A stretch of 64,000 nt of DNA from the NCBI RefSeq assembly GCF_018350175.1, contig NC_058374.1, forward strand, positions 115,010,001-115,074,000, read 5' to 3'. Below the pieces are notes generated by a model. It was not told the DNA's origin. It ran no database searches and saw nothing but the letters and a program-made list of their open reading frames with translations. This document shows positions 1-11,770 of this stretch, one piece after another. Source of the stretch: Felis catus. Lineage: Eukaryota. Position 1 is the stretch's first letter. Each line of letters opens with the position of its first letter. A program made the translations under genes and the position numbers.

Positions 1-589
1 AATGATTTGTAAGAGAAAGTATGTATACTTTCTTATCTTTCACCCCTTTAGTTACAACCTACCAAGTGCTTACTCAAACTTACACTTTCCATAACTGAAG
101 AGTTATTTTGACAGGTTTTACTATCTACTCTTTAGCTTTTCTAGTCTGTAAGGATAAGTAGAAGCCTTAATCCTTATGTTTACCCAGGCATTTGCAGAAT
201 TCAAGGACAGCTATCCAAGTTGGCTAATGGCTTTGTACTTTAAAAAGAATCTGGTTAGGGTTCAGTGCTTATAATCACTCAATGCATTCAATGCATTGTT
301 AGTCATTGCATTCCATAGTTTTTCTTTGCCAGCCCCTCCTTACAGAATTATCCTCTAGTTTTCTTCTGGGGATTGACCTTTCCCCCACTTTGAGTCTATG
401 AGATCTCAGTGCACTATGATCCCTGTATCAGAGCCCAAGATCAAGATCCTTGAGCCATGACCCAGGCCCAAGACAATCTGCCCATGTGTTCCGGAGGTAA
501 GTACTTCACCTAACCCAGTACTGTCTGAGCACGTTTCGGGATATTTGTTAATGCTACCAGAAGATATATTTTTCTTCTCCCTTGAATAT

Positions 590-790
590 GAACTTAAGGG
601 TCTGTGAGGCTGGGATTTCTGCAGCCATCTCATAAGCATGAAGGGATTCTCTGTCTGAGGATGGAGCCAGCCTGAAAGACACGGAGCTGAAAGAGAAAGC
701 GGAACCCACGCCTAATTACTTGAACCAAAAATTAACTTTGTGCTCAAGCGCATTTGAATGAATCTTTCTGTTACTTATAACCAAAAGAAT
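590..790 (+). mobile_element. Old MaLR (MLT1-type) LTR 3' fragment
   Basis: Ends in TTTCTGTTACTTATAACCAAAAGAATC, resembling the MLT1 LTR 3' terminus; boundaries approximate. Confidence 0.4.
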
Positions 791-990
791 CTTTTTTTTT
801 TTTTTTTAAAAAAGCTTATTTATTTATCTTGACAGAGAGAGAGAACGAGTGGAGGACAGGCAGAGAGAGGGGGGGAGAGAGAGACAGAGAGAGAGAGAGG
901 AATCCCAAGGGGGCTTCTGATCATCACAGGGCTCAGTCTCACAAACTGTGAGATCATGGGCTGAGCTGAAATCAGGAGTCAGACACTTAA
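791..990 (-). mobile_element. CAN-SINE, 5'-truncated and internally deleted
   Basis: Poly(T) tail, (GA)n tract and GTGAGATCATG...GCTGAAATCAGGAGTCAGACACTTAA body; the ~25-nt SINE head is missing and L1 sequence follows directly. Confidence 0.85.
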
Positions 991-1917
991 TCCTACAGGA
1001 GAAAACAGGCAGCAACCTTTTTGACCTTGGCCACAGCAACTTCTTGCTTGACATACCTGTGGAGGCAAGGGAAATAAAAGCAAAAATGAACTATTGGGAC
1101 CTCATCAAGATAAAAAGCTTCTCAAAAATAATATAAAAACAGGGAGGGGGACAAAACATAAGAGACTCTTAAATATGGAGAACAAAAAGAGGGTTACTGG
1201 AAAGGTTGTGGGGGAGGATGGGCTAAGTGGGTAAGGGGCATTAAGGAATCTACTCCTGAAATCATTGTTGTACCATATGCTAACTAACTAGGATGTAAAT
1301 TAAAAAAATAAATTAAAAAATGGTTAAAAAAAAGAAACACAAAAAAAAGATAAAAAGCTTCTGAACAGCAAAGGAAACATTCAACAAAGCTAAAAGGCAC
1401 CTGATGGAATGGGAGAAGATATTTGCAAATGACATATTGGTTGGTATCCAAAATCTGTAGAGAACTTACCAAACTGAACACCCAAAAAACAAATAATGTA
1501 CTGAAGAAATGGGCAAAAGACATGAATACACACTTTTCCAAAGACATCCAGATGGTAACAGACCCATGAAAAGATGCCCAACATCACTCATCATCAGGGA
1601 AATACAAATCAAAACCACAATGAGATATCACCTCACACCTGTCAGAATGGCTAAAATTAACAACTCAGGAAACAACAGATGTTTGTGAGGATACAGAGAA
1701 AGAGGAACCCTTTTTAACTGCTGTTGGGAATGCAAACTGGTGTAACCTCTCTGGAAAACAGTATGGAGGTTCCTCAAAAAACTTAAAAAATTACCCTATG
1801 ACCCAGCAATTGCACTACTAGGTAATTATCCACAGGATACAAAAATGCTGATTCGAAGGGGCACATGTACCCCAATGTTTATAGCAATGTCATCAACAAG
1901 AGCCAAATTATGGGAAG
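989..1917 (+). mobile_element. Carnivore L1 ORF2 C-terminal fragment, truncated at both ends and interrupted by a nested L1 piece
   Basis: Translates to L1 ORF2-like ILQEKTGSNLFDLGHSNFLLD...KAKMNYWDLIKIKSF and, near the end, [18 protein letters not shown]; no 3' UTR or poly(A) of its own. Confidence 0.92.
1123..1346 (+). mobile_element. Severely 5'-truncated L1 3' UTR fragment nested in the older L1
   Basis: L1 3' UTR (AAAACAGGGAGGGGGACAAAACATAAGAGACTCTT...) plus A-rich tail, flanked by a perfect 16-bp TSD AAGATAAAAAGCTTCT at 1107-1122 and 1347-1362. Confidence 0.9.
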
Positions 1918-4567
1918 TCCGGGCGGCTGGCCGGGCCATCCGAGTGTCCATGGGGCTCCAAGTCCCCGGCCCCACCCGCCCTCAGTTGTGGTCAGACTCC
2001 TCCTCCTCCGCTTCACGAAGCCACTTGAAGAAGGCTGTGACAGATTTAAGGCTACGCCCTTGCCCTGTTGCTCAGCGGGGTCCTTGCTACTCTCCCAGCT
2101 ATAGAAGGCCTCCTCTTCCACCATGTCCTCGTCGTACAGCGCATCAAAGAACATCCGAAGCAGGCTGGCGGGCTGTTCTAAGGTCACTACAAGGGCCTGG
2201 AGGGCGTAGAGCGCCTGCAACTCCTTCTGTTCATCACATAAGTATTTCTGTAGCAGTTTCGCTCAAGCTTTCAGCACCGCCACATCCACTCGGAGGGGCG
2301 TCTCAAAGAGAACTGCAGAAGAACTGCAAGAACCAGTGTGTTGGATGCTACCTGCTGCTGACTCAGGTTGGCCTCTATCCGGTCAAACACCCGCTGGTTC
2401 CTGCTGCCCTCCTGCAGCAGCTTCTCCAGCTGTCTGCCCAGCTCCTCAGAGGAGAGCATCCTCTGGCCAGGGGCTTCAGACTCCTCGCCCAAGGTGTACT
2501 CCACCTTCTGTTCAGCGACGAATGCCCTGACGTCCTGGCCTTCAGGTAGAAATTCTTTCCAGCTGAGTCCAGCTTCTCGCCCCAGCATCCCCACCTTTTT
2601 GGGACCCATGCTTTTACACAGAAGCCCCAGGATCTCCAGCAACAGAGAAGCAGCTTTGCCCAGGGGTCTCAGAGGTTTTGTAATCTCCCTGAACAGCTCC
2701 CCCATGGGTCCTCCACCTTCCTGCAGAATGGGCGTCATGAGTGCTGCTCGGTAGAGCCACACATGGGGGGTGTGTGTCAATTTCCATGTCTTCAGCCAAT
2801 TCTAGGATGTCATACAAACCTTGGTAGTACCGAGCAGTGGAGAGGTGCCCGGCAAAGAGCAGCTGGTGCAGCAGCCGCCCCATATGCCCACGAGGGATGG
2901 TGCTGCGCTCCAGTGCCGACTGGATGCCATGCGGCACAAAGGTGAAGAGCAGGGCTGTACGCACTGCGCTGCCTCCTTCATGTCATTGAGTTGGAGATAT
3001 TCTTCAATAATGGCCTTGGATTTCTTTTTCCAGCTCTTCCTCAGAGAGCGCAGCCTTTGGGGGGCTCGCCGGGGGCAGGGTGGCTTCTCGCTTCACAGCA
3101 TCCCGCCCACGGTCCCGATCCTCCGTGAGGCTAGCTGCCTTGCGCGGTCACTCAGGCTGGGAGGGCCGCTCTCTACTCCGCTCTTCCTCTTCCTGGCTGA
3201 AGCTCCGCTTGGTGGCAGGTGTCCGAGAGCGATCGAGCCGGTCTCCACGCTCACTTCCCCGTTCACTCCGCTCTAGGCGGTCTCCCCGGTCCCCAGCTTT
3301 CTCACCTCTTTCCCGGCTCAAGCTACTCCTCTGTACCACACGTCTGCTATCTGTGTTTTCTGTAGGTACTGCTTGTTGAAGGGCTGAGAAGCCGTTCAAG
3401 GTACTAGTAGCTGGATGAGCAGCTGCTGGTGCTGCGTCAGAGGGCTTGGCCCCTGAGCCTCCACTGCTGCCCTTGCCGCAGCTCGATCGCCCGCCAGGTG
3501 CAAAGAGCTGGTTGTGAGAATCAATGGAGCCAGGCTTCGTGATCTTGGTGAGCCGTGAGGTGTCAGCAGGTGTCAGCAAGGCTGCCCTTGCCAATGGGGA
3601 CAGTGTTCCAGCCACCATCATCCACAAGTGGGAGGCCTCGGCTAATAGGTGGGCCTGGAGGGCCACCCCGACACTTGTCGCTGCCCTTGGCCATTAGCTG
3701 CTGCGCTTTTACATGCTCCCGGTGCTCCTCCATCTCAGCCTCCTTGTGGATCTGGTCTTGCAGCATGGTCTTGGGACCCTGGTCCCCACGGCGTGGCACC
3801 CAATTGCTCCGTCGCAGATCCAGCACGTCTTGCAGCATAAAGCGGATTCGGGATGAAGTCTTCTTTTCCTTAATGATTGTTTCCGTCTGGTTGAAATACT
3901 GATCCATTCGGGGCTTGGCTTTTTCAAAGTCCAGATCTTTGCCAATGGTAGTGAGCAGACGACAAAGGCATTCAAGAGACTCTTCATCATGGTTCTTAAG
4001 TAGTTGAACCACACAGCCATGCGTTATTGCCTCCGTTAACATCTTCAGCTTAAACGACTCCCCAATAAACTTGATATTCCCTAACGAGCGCCGCCAGGCT
4101 ATGTCTCGAGCCTCTTCCAACTCTTCCTTCAGGCGTCCTCGTTCTTCTGCCGTAGCAGCTTCATCCATTTCTTTTTGCTTCTTCTCAAAAACCTCATCAT
4201 CATCTTTGTCTTTCTCAAACTCCTTCTGACATGGATTCAACAATAGTTTTCGAAAGTTCACAGTCACTGTTGGCTTTTCTGTAGTGGGCACTTTCAGCCC
4301 CATGAGGCAGCGGCACATGTTGGCAAAGGCCACAGAGAAGCTGGGCTCTGAAATGGCCTTGTCGAAGATGAGGTCAATGAACCCTTTGAGGCGTTCCTCA
4401 GTGTCGATGGTCCGCTGTGTCACCTACTTCATCAGCTGCTGGAACATCTGGGGTGTCAGCTTATTCAGTATGGAGCGCACCCTGCGGAACAGGTCCTGGG
4501 TTTTGCTTCCATCAGCATCCTCTTCCCCTCGATCCTTATCAGTAGCTGTCCGCTTGCTGCTGGGTTT
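1918..4567 (-). pseudogene. EIF4G1: EIF4G1 processed pseudogene (MIF4G, MA3 and W2 regions; 5'-truncated, 3' UTR truncated)
   Basis: Intronless minus-strand ORF pieces match eIF4G1: [94 protein letters not shown]. Terminal TGA is at 1982-1984 (...GAGTCTGACCACAACTGA). There is a premature TAG at 4424-4426, a 10-bp tandem duplication at 3558-3577 and several frameshifts. Confidence 0.96.
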
Positions 4568-4786
4568 TTTAAAAGTTTTTATTTATTTATTTGAGAGAGA
4601 GAGATAGAGAGAGAGATTGAGAGAGAGAGCGCAAGCGGGGAGGGGTGAGAAAAGGGGGACAGAGGATCTGAAGCAGGCACTGCACAGAGAGCAGAAAGCC
4701 TGATGTGGGGCTCAAACTCATGAACCATGAGATCGTGACCCGAGCTGAAGACAGATGCTTAACTGACTGAGCCACCCAGGCGTCCC
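4568..4786 (-). mobile_element. CAN-SINE
   Basis: T-rich tail, (GA)n tract, and head ACTGAGCCACCCAGGCGTCCC. Confidence 0.93.
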
Positions 4787-4980
4787 TTTTTAAAGATTTT
4801 TTAAAAATGTTTTTTATTTATTTTGAGAGAGAGAGCGAGTATAAGCGACCATGAGTGGGGAAGGGGCAGAGAGGGGAGAATATCTCAATCTGGCTCTGTG
4901 ATGACAGCACAAACTGTGAGATCATGACCTGAGCTGAAATCAAGACTAGGATGCTTAACCGACTGAGCCACCCAAGCACC
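4787..4980 (-). mobile_element. CAN-SINE (tandem with the previous copy)
   Basis: Tail TTTTATTTATTTTGAGAGAG, body GAGATCATGACCTGAGCTGAAATCAAGA, head GACTGAGCCACCCAAGCACC. Confidence 0.9.
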
Positions 4981-5029
4981 ACACTCCTATTACAATCTGA
5001 CTTGGGTCAGTGAATGGGAAAAAAATCTC

Positions 5030-5320
5030 TGCTCCACAGAGTCATTCACAGAACCCAGGCTCCTGCCAAGCTGTGGCTTCACCATCCTCTGGGGCCTCAA
5101 ATCCTCTACTGGATCCTGTGTATCTAATGGTAGGCCAAGGAGAAGAGTGAGTGTGGAGAAGAGAGGCTTATGTGCCAGGTTTTAGTCAGCCCCCAAAGAG
5201 GAGGCTTCTGCCACATTCCATTGGCCACAACTCAGTTCTCTGCCAGCCCATCCTACCAACTGCAAGAGAGCAGAGATCTGTGATCTAGTGGTGTGTCCTG
5301 GAAGAGGAGAAACTTGAACG
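5030..5320. mobile_element. Old MaLR LTR (MLT1J/K-like)
   Basis: GTCATTCA...ACCCAGGCTCC...GTGGCTTCACCATCCTCT and CACATTCCATTGGCCA.AACTCAG...AACTGCAAG motifs typical of MLT1J/K; recalled consensus. Confidence 0.55.
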
Positions 5321-6299
5321 TCGATAAGAACTAGCTTCTCTGCGCCACCCTCTGAACCCCAAGTTTTCTTCTGAACAGAAAAATTAGTAATTGCTATTTG
5401 CCAGCACTTTATGAGGATTGAATGAGTGTGGACATACAAGGTGTGGACATACTTGGTGAAGTGCTAATCAAATGCTAGTTATGAATACTCCTGGGTAATT
5501 TTGTCCCTTTACCTCTGCATTTCATCTGTGAAATGTGTAGATTGATATGCTTTCTGAAAATCCTTCCCAACCCTGAGATGCTTAGATTCTGTAGTTCTTT
5601 TAAACTTGCATCAAGCAAATGCCTCTCTGACTTTGCATTGGTGCCTTAGGATTCTACACATGATTCTACAACCCAGTCCCCCCACCCCCAAACCCTCCTT
5701 CACTGCTGTAATATTGCCCATGTTCTTTCGGAGTCATAACCTCATTCTCATCCCATGTTAATTCTGTTCGTTCTAACTGGATAAAAGATCATTTTTTGCC
5801 TTCCTGTTACATCAGCCAGTTCCAGCCTGCTAGATTTCTTAATTTCGGAAGAAACTTGTAGATGTGGGGAAGAGAACCTAAGAAAGCATTCACCAGATTT
5901 GAAATATTCAAAACACACATGATTACTTTAATCCTGTCTTGAAAGATCCTATGTAATAGTCATTTGGTTCAATCTAATTCCTTTGTCTGTGGTTGCCTTA
6001 GTTCTCTTAGCCCAGTGTCCCAGCTTTTTTGCTCCGGCTAAATTCCCTTTGCACAATTCCTGGGGGATGTCAGCGAGGGGAGGTCTGAATTCTCCTTTTT
6101 TAAAGGCTGATGAGGGGCTGATATGCCCCTCAGGAGTATTCTGGCTTCTAGGTCAGTCACATAAAGCAGAGGTAACTGGTCTACCTACTTCTATTCTGGG
6201 CCTTTCTTACCCTTCTCCAGACCACAGCCAGAGGGCTCCTTTCACATTTCAAATCTCCTATGACTCCTGTGGTTAAAACACTTTGCTGTATGTATTATA

Positions 6300-6845
6300 C
6301 TTTTAAAAAATAGTACGTTTGATGTATATTATACAAATAACACAATGCACAGATGTTCAGTACAGTTTGAGGAGTTTTGATAACTGAATATGCCTGTGTG
6401 AAATCACCACCCCAAATAAGATATAAACATTTCTTTCTTTCTCTCTTTTCATTTCTTTTTGCCTCAGAAAGTTCTCTTGCCCCCTTTTTTTCAGTCATTG
6501 GCCCCCTGCCTAGCCTCTACTCCCAGAGGCAACCCCTTTCTGATTTTCATCACTACAGATTAGTTTTGCCTGGTTTTGGATTTGATACAAATATAATCAC
6601 ACGGTATGGACTTTTGTGCCTATTTTTACTAATGTAAGTTTTTTGAGAGTGTCCCATGTTGTTGTGTGTTCATTCCTTTAAATTAAGTATGAGTATATTC
6701 CACAGTTTATCCATTCTCTTGTTGATGGACATTTGGGTTGTTTTCAGTTTTAGGCTATTTTAAGGCTTTTATGGATATCTAAGTCCTCTGAGGATGTGAG
6801 TTTTCATTTCTCTTGGGTAAATACCTAAGAGTGGAATTGCCACCA
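6300..6845 (-). mobile_element. Old L1M 3' end fragment
   Basis: TTATCCATTCTCTTGTTGATGGACATTTGGGTTGTTTTCAG and TTCTCTTGGGTAAATACCTAAGAGTGGAATTGC are antisense L1M 3'-end motifs. Confidence 0.75.
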
Positions 6846-6859
6846 AGTAACATGGGGTT

Positions 6860-7270
6860 CAGCAATCTAAAGATCCATTTAGGATGAAGACCCAAACCCT
6901 GCGTGGCCCTGATCACCTCTCTGCATGCACCCCCTTCTGCGTGCACCCCCTTCTCACTGAGCTTTGGTTCCTCTGTCCATGCTCTTCCCTCTGCCAGAAA
7001 CACACTTCCTTCCCACAGCTGCCTACCTTCCAATCAGGTCATTCTTGTCATAGGCATTCACAGCTCTGTGTCTGTGATGCCCCAGAACTTACCAAGCCTG
7101 AAGTTTTATGTTTCTGGGCACAATCATTCGTTTACTGTTTGCCTCTCACTCAGCAGCAAGCTCCATGAGGGCAAGTTATCTACCCATTTTACTCACACAA
7201 TGCCCCGCCTGGTTTCTAGCCTGTGCTAGCCTGTACTGAGCATCCAGTACTCATTGGTGGGTGAATGAAT
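6860..7270 (+). mobile_element. L2 LINE 3' fragment
   Basis: Pyrimidine-rich L2 body (CTCTTCCCTCTGCCAGAAAC, AAGCTCCATGAGGGCA) ending in the GAATGAAT terminus. Confidence 0.55.
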
Positions 7271-8319
7271 CATGGCCATTCTGTACCCACCACAGATTCT
7301 GTTCTCCACTTTGGTAAAAAGCCCTTTTGGTCAGCCAGAGAAGGAACTGTGCCCTCATCAGGGATTTTCCAACAGTCTGGACTCAGTGAGAGGGGGAAAC
7401 ACCCAGGCAATCAGTTGTGTTCAGGCTGCCTGACTCCCAGGAAAGAGAAAAGCTTGAATTTCAATCTTACTAGCTGTTGTCCTAAGCAGACCATTATCAA
7501 AACAAAATTCCTGCTTAAAGGGGCTTCTGATCCAAATAAGATAACAAGGCAACACAGGTAGCAAATACGCTACCTCGAACTAGACCAAAGGGGACTTGCT
7601 CCTGGTTTTGTTTCCCCTAGATTTTCTTTTTGAGCACCATGTCCTGGGGGCATTCTCAAGATGGCACTGGTTTTCTTGGAAGGCAGAAGTTTTTCTTGGT
7701 AGACAGGAAAATGAAGTTATTCCAGAAAATATTAGAGGACAAAGAACTAGGCGATGAAATTTACTTCTACATTGAAAAGCACCCCTGTGAGGTATTTTTA
7801 CCGTTTGACTTGCCAGAGCAGAGATGCTGATAGCTAGGAAGGCTCGTTTCCCCAGTGTGGGCTGCGATTGTGAGCAAGGCCATTCAGGGGTGTGTTTAGG
7901 ATACATTGTCACTCCCTCCTCCTCAGAGGCCCCAATACGAACGGTAATGATTACTATAACCTTACATTCCTTTCTATGATTCTGTATTTCTCGTGGGTGA
8001 TTTCCTCCCCAGGTTGACTTCTCATCTGCCTAGAGTGATAATAACGAGCCGAGTAAATGGATACTCTTTCTTCTGTGAGTGTTTTGGCTTTGCAAAAAGA
8101 GTGCAGAAATGTGATCCTAGATAATGGGTATGGTACAGAAAGGACTAGAGGTATTCAAGAAAACAACCTGATTACTTTTATTGCCATTATTTTAGGAATC
8201 AGCAAACCTCTACAGAAGGAATTGAATATGCTCTCCTGTCTTTAAATGGGGGTGGGTGATTCTTCAGTTGAAGAGGATTTGAGGAAGTCAAAGGTGATAA
8301 TATGCATTAGAAAGTCTGC

Positions 8320-8570
8320 CAGAAATATTTGTCAAGAAACTCAAGTGTTCATACCCTCCAATCTAGTAATTCCACTCGTAGACGTCTGTCCTGTAGAATT
8401 AATCATAGATACGGACAAGTGTCTATTACAAGGAGGATCATTGATGCCTTACTTATAATAGGGAGAAATTGGAAATGGTCTAAATGTTTAACAAAACCAG
8501 AATGGCTAAATAAATTCTCAGTTCTGCTTATTATAAAATATTATGATACTAAATCATGTTTGCAAAGAGA
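8320..8570 (+). mobile_element. Old L1M fragment (host of the younger L1)
   Basis: ATACCCTCCAATCTAGTAATTCCACTC...AATTGGAAATGGTCTAAATGT...GAATGGCTAAATAAATT resembles a degraded L1 ORF2 end. Confidence 0.55.
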
Positions 8571-8593
8571 TTTAATAACATGGGAAGATTCTC

Positions 8594-9963
8594 TGGCCAA
8601 CTAATCTTTCACAAAGTAGGAAAGAATATCCAATGGAANNNNNNNNNNNNNNNNNNNNNNNNNNNNNNNNNNNNNNNNNNNNNNNNNNNNNNNNNNNNNN
8701 NNNNNNNNNNNNNNNNNNNNNNNNNNNNNNNNNNNNNNNNNNNNNNNNNNNNNNNNNNNNNNNNNNNNNNNNNNNNNNNNNNAATCCTCGAGGAGAAAGC
8801 AGGCAAAAACCTCTTTGATCTTGGCCGCAGCAACTTCTTACTCAACACGTCTCTGGAGGCAAGGGAAACAAAAGCAACAATGAACTCCTGGGACCTCATC
8901 AAAATAAAATCTTCTGTAAAGCGAAGGAAACAATCAGCAAAACTAAAAGGCAACAGACCAAACGGGAAAAGATATATGCAAACGACATATCAGATACAGG
9001 GTTAGTATCCAAAATCTATAAAGAACTTATCAAACTCAACACCCAAAAAAACAANNNNNNNNNNNNNNNNNNNNNNNNNNNNNNNNNNNNNNNNNNNNNN
9101 NNNNNNNNNNNNNNNNNNNNNNNNNNNNNNNNNNNNNNNNNNNNNNNNNNNNNNNNNNNNNNNNNNNNNNNNNNNNNNNNNNNNNNNNNNNNNNNNNNNN
9201 NNNNNNNNNNAATGGCTAACATTAACAACTCAGGCAACAACAGATGTTGGTGAGGATGCGGAGAAAGAGGATCTCTTTTGCACTGCTGCTGGGAATCCAA
9301 GCTGGTGCAGCCACTCTGGAAAACAGTATGGAGGTTCCTCAAAAAACTAAAAATAGAACTACCCTATGACCCAGCAATTGCACTACTTGGCATTTATCCA
9401 CAGGATACAGGTGTGCTGTTTTGAAGGGACACATGCACCCCCATGTTTATAGCAGCACTATCAGCAATAGCCAAAGTNNNNNNNNNNNNNNNNNNNNNNN
9501 NNNNNNNNNNNNNNNNNNNNNNNNNNNNNNNNNNNNNNNNNNNNNNNNNNNNNNNNNNNNNNNNNNNNNNNNNNNNNNNNNNNNNNNNNNNNNNNNNNNN
9601 NNNNNATGCAATCTTGCCATTTACAACTATGTGGATGGGACTGGAGGGTATTATGCTAAGTGAAATTAGTCAGTCAGAGAAAGACAAAAATTGTATGACT
9701 TCACTCATATGAGGACCTTAAGAGACAAAACAGATGAACATAAGGGAAGGGGAACAAAAATAATATAAAAACAGGGAGGGGGATAAAACAGAAGAGACTC
9801 ATAAATATGGAGAACAAACTGAGAGTTACTGGAGGGGTTGTGGGAGAGGGGATGGGCTAAATGGGTAAGGGGCACTAAGGAATCTACTGCTGAAATCATT
9901 GTTGCACTATATGCTAACTAATTTGGATGCAAATTTTTAAAAATAAAAAATAAAATTAAAAAA
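8594..9963 (+). mobile_element. 5'-truncated carnivore L1 (ORF2 C-terminus, 3' UTR, poly(A))
   Basis: Starts TGGCCAACTAATCTTTCACAAAG; includes ILEEKAGKNLFDLGRSNFLL; A-rich tail. The 20-bp TSD AATAACAT(G/A)GGAA(G/A)ATTCTC is at 8574-8593 and 9964-9983. Three N-runs lie inside it. Confidence 0.94.
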
Positions 9964-10094
9964 AATAACATAGGAAAATTCTCCTAGTGAAAGAAGTACC
10001 TAGAACAAGGCTTGAAATATTGTAGGCACCCAGTAAATATTTGTTTCATCAATACATGACTGGATTACTGCCAGAGAAATGAAGATTAACATTT

Positions 10095-10338
10095 AAAAAA
10101 ATTTTTTAATGTTTATTTATTTTTGAGAAAGAGAGAGACAAGAGGCGGGGGAGGGAGAGAGAGACAGACGGAGAGCAAGCAGGGGAGGGGCAGAGAAAGA
10201 CAGAAACAGAATCTGAAGCAGGCTCCAGGCTCTGAGCTGTCAGCACAGAACCTGATGTGGGGCTTGAACCCACAAACTGTGAGATCATGACCTAAGCTGA
10301 AGCCAGACACTTAACCGACTGAGCCACCCAGGTGCCCC
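10095..10338 (-). mobile_element. CAN-SINE
   Basis: Full body; TSD TGAAG(A/G)TTAACA at about 10080 and 10339. Confidence 0.93.
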
Positions 10339-10568
10339 TGAAGGTTAACACTTTTAAAAACTATAGGTAGGGTTAACACTCCTGGAAAGGCATTTTAGAG
10401 GGGGAAAAGAAGATAAAAAAAATAGATCCCCCCGCCCCCACAAAGAAAGACCACCAACAAAAAACTTGATCTTGAATCTAAGTCAATGGAAAAACCTCTC
10501 TTCTGAGACATTGTAGTGTGTTTCACTAAAATGAGATTCTGTTAACCTACTAGTTCTTGGGCAACTAT

Positions 10569-10570
<2 letters not shown>

Positions 10571-10601
<31 letters not shown>
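10571..10601. repeat. (GT)15 microsatellite
   Basis: Perfect GT run read directly. Confidence 0.97.
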
Positions 10602-10602
<1 letters not shown>

Positions 10603-11147
10603 ACTAAAAATTTTTCTGAGATGTTAGTTTGAGGGACTTTTCGAATTTAAAAGAATTTAATACTTTTACCGTTTTGTTAGGTGAAGAGTTGGAAATATTT
10701 TTATCTCATTAAACAGCTTCAATTCCAAACACCCAGACAGAGCACCTGCCACATAAGCCTGTTTCCTACTCTTGTCCTCTAAGGTTAAGACTGGCAGCTG
10801 TGGGAGTTCTTGAAAGTGTGTGCCTTGTAGATTTTAGCTCATTTTGAAAAACTGGCTCATTGCCATTCTGCACTCCAGCTTGTGATATTTAAATAGGAGA
10901 TTGAACTGAGCCAGATATAAAAGGGAGAGAGAGGGAGAGAGAGAAAGAGTGTGTGTGTAAGGTGACAGTGGGGAGAGGCCCCAGAAAGAAAACTAACAAA
11001 GATATATGAGTTGGAAGCCATACTCTGAGCCAAGGGCTGCACTTGTTGAGTGGAAATTGGGGGTCCACCTACAACATGAATGTTTCAAAACTAAGATCAG
11101 GACAGAAGCGTCATCAATACCCAAGGACATCCTGAGGGATATGTAAG

Positions 11148-11320
11148 TTTTTTTTTTTTTAAGTTGATTTATTTTGAGAGAGAGAAAGAGAGAGAATCCC
11201 AAGCAGGCTCTGCATTGTCAGCACAGAGCCCCACGCAGGGCTTGAACTCACTCACAAACTGTGAGATCAGGAGCTGGGCTGAAGTAGAATGCTTAACCGA
11301 CTGAGCCACCCAGGTGCCCC
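11148..11320 (-). mobile_element. CAN-SINE
   Basis: Poly(T) tail, GAATCCCAAGCAGGCTCTGC body, head GAGCCACCCAGGTGCCCC. Confidence 0.92.
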
Positions 11321-11611
11321 TGAAGCGAAAAGCACTGTGCTTCATGGCGTGGGAAGACTCGGCTTTGTGAAGTGAAAGAAAGCGTTATAATTTTAGAAAC
11401 ATTCTTTGAGAAAATAATACAATTTTAGGATAGGATACTGCAACAAAGAGACACAACAGTGCTTAAGAAACATTTAAATATATCCACTAAACCCTACAAC
11501 ATGTATCCCCAAGCCAACTTTCCTTCAGCTAGATCCCATAATGTCTAAGGCCACTTCAAAGCTCTCTGACAGGAGGGAGATTGTGATGGAAGGAAAGTCA
11601 GAGAGCAAAGA

Positions 11612-11770
11612 CAGAGGTCTTAACTGATCGTGGTTAAAATACCATAAATTTGCAAATGTAACAAAAACATGTGCCTTTGTGAACACGTTATTAGGGCTCC
11701 TTCTCAGGCCTTGCCAAGTTAGGGGCCTTGAAACTCAAGCTTCATTAACTTTGAGAGAAATCCTCCTCTG
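11612..11770. mobile_element. Probable hAT-type non-autonomous DNA transposon fragment
   Basis: GGGGCCTTGAAACTCAAGCTTCATTAACTTT...AATCCTCCTCTG and AAATTTGCAAATGTAACAAAAACATGTG resemble a MER-class hAT element; family not assigned. Confidence 0.4.

Noticed and set aside
1845-3379. Plus-strand ORFs of 234, 151 and 128 aa
   Set aside because: They are antisense shadows of the GC-rich EIF4G1 coding sequence, partly fused to L1.
3563-4423. 286-aa MIF4G ORF as a functional retrogene
   Set aside because: It begins at a GTG directly after a premature TAG, ends at a frameshift, and carries substitutions at otherwise conserved positions; no promoter evidence.
5426-5452. Short direct repeats (GTGTGGACATAC twice; similar 10-12 bp pairs near 7215 and 29340)
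   Set aside because: Ordinary slippage duplications in old repeats with no further structure.
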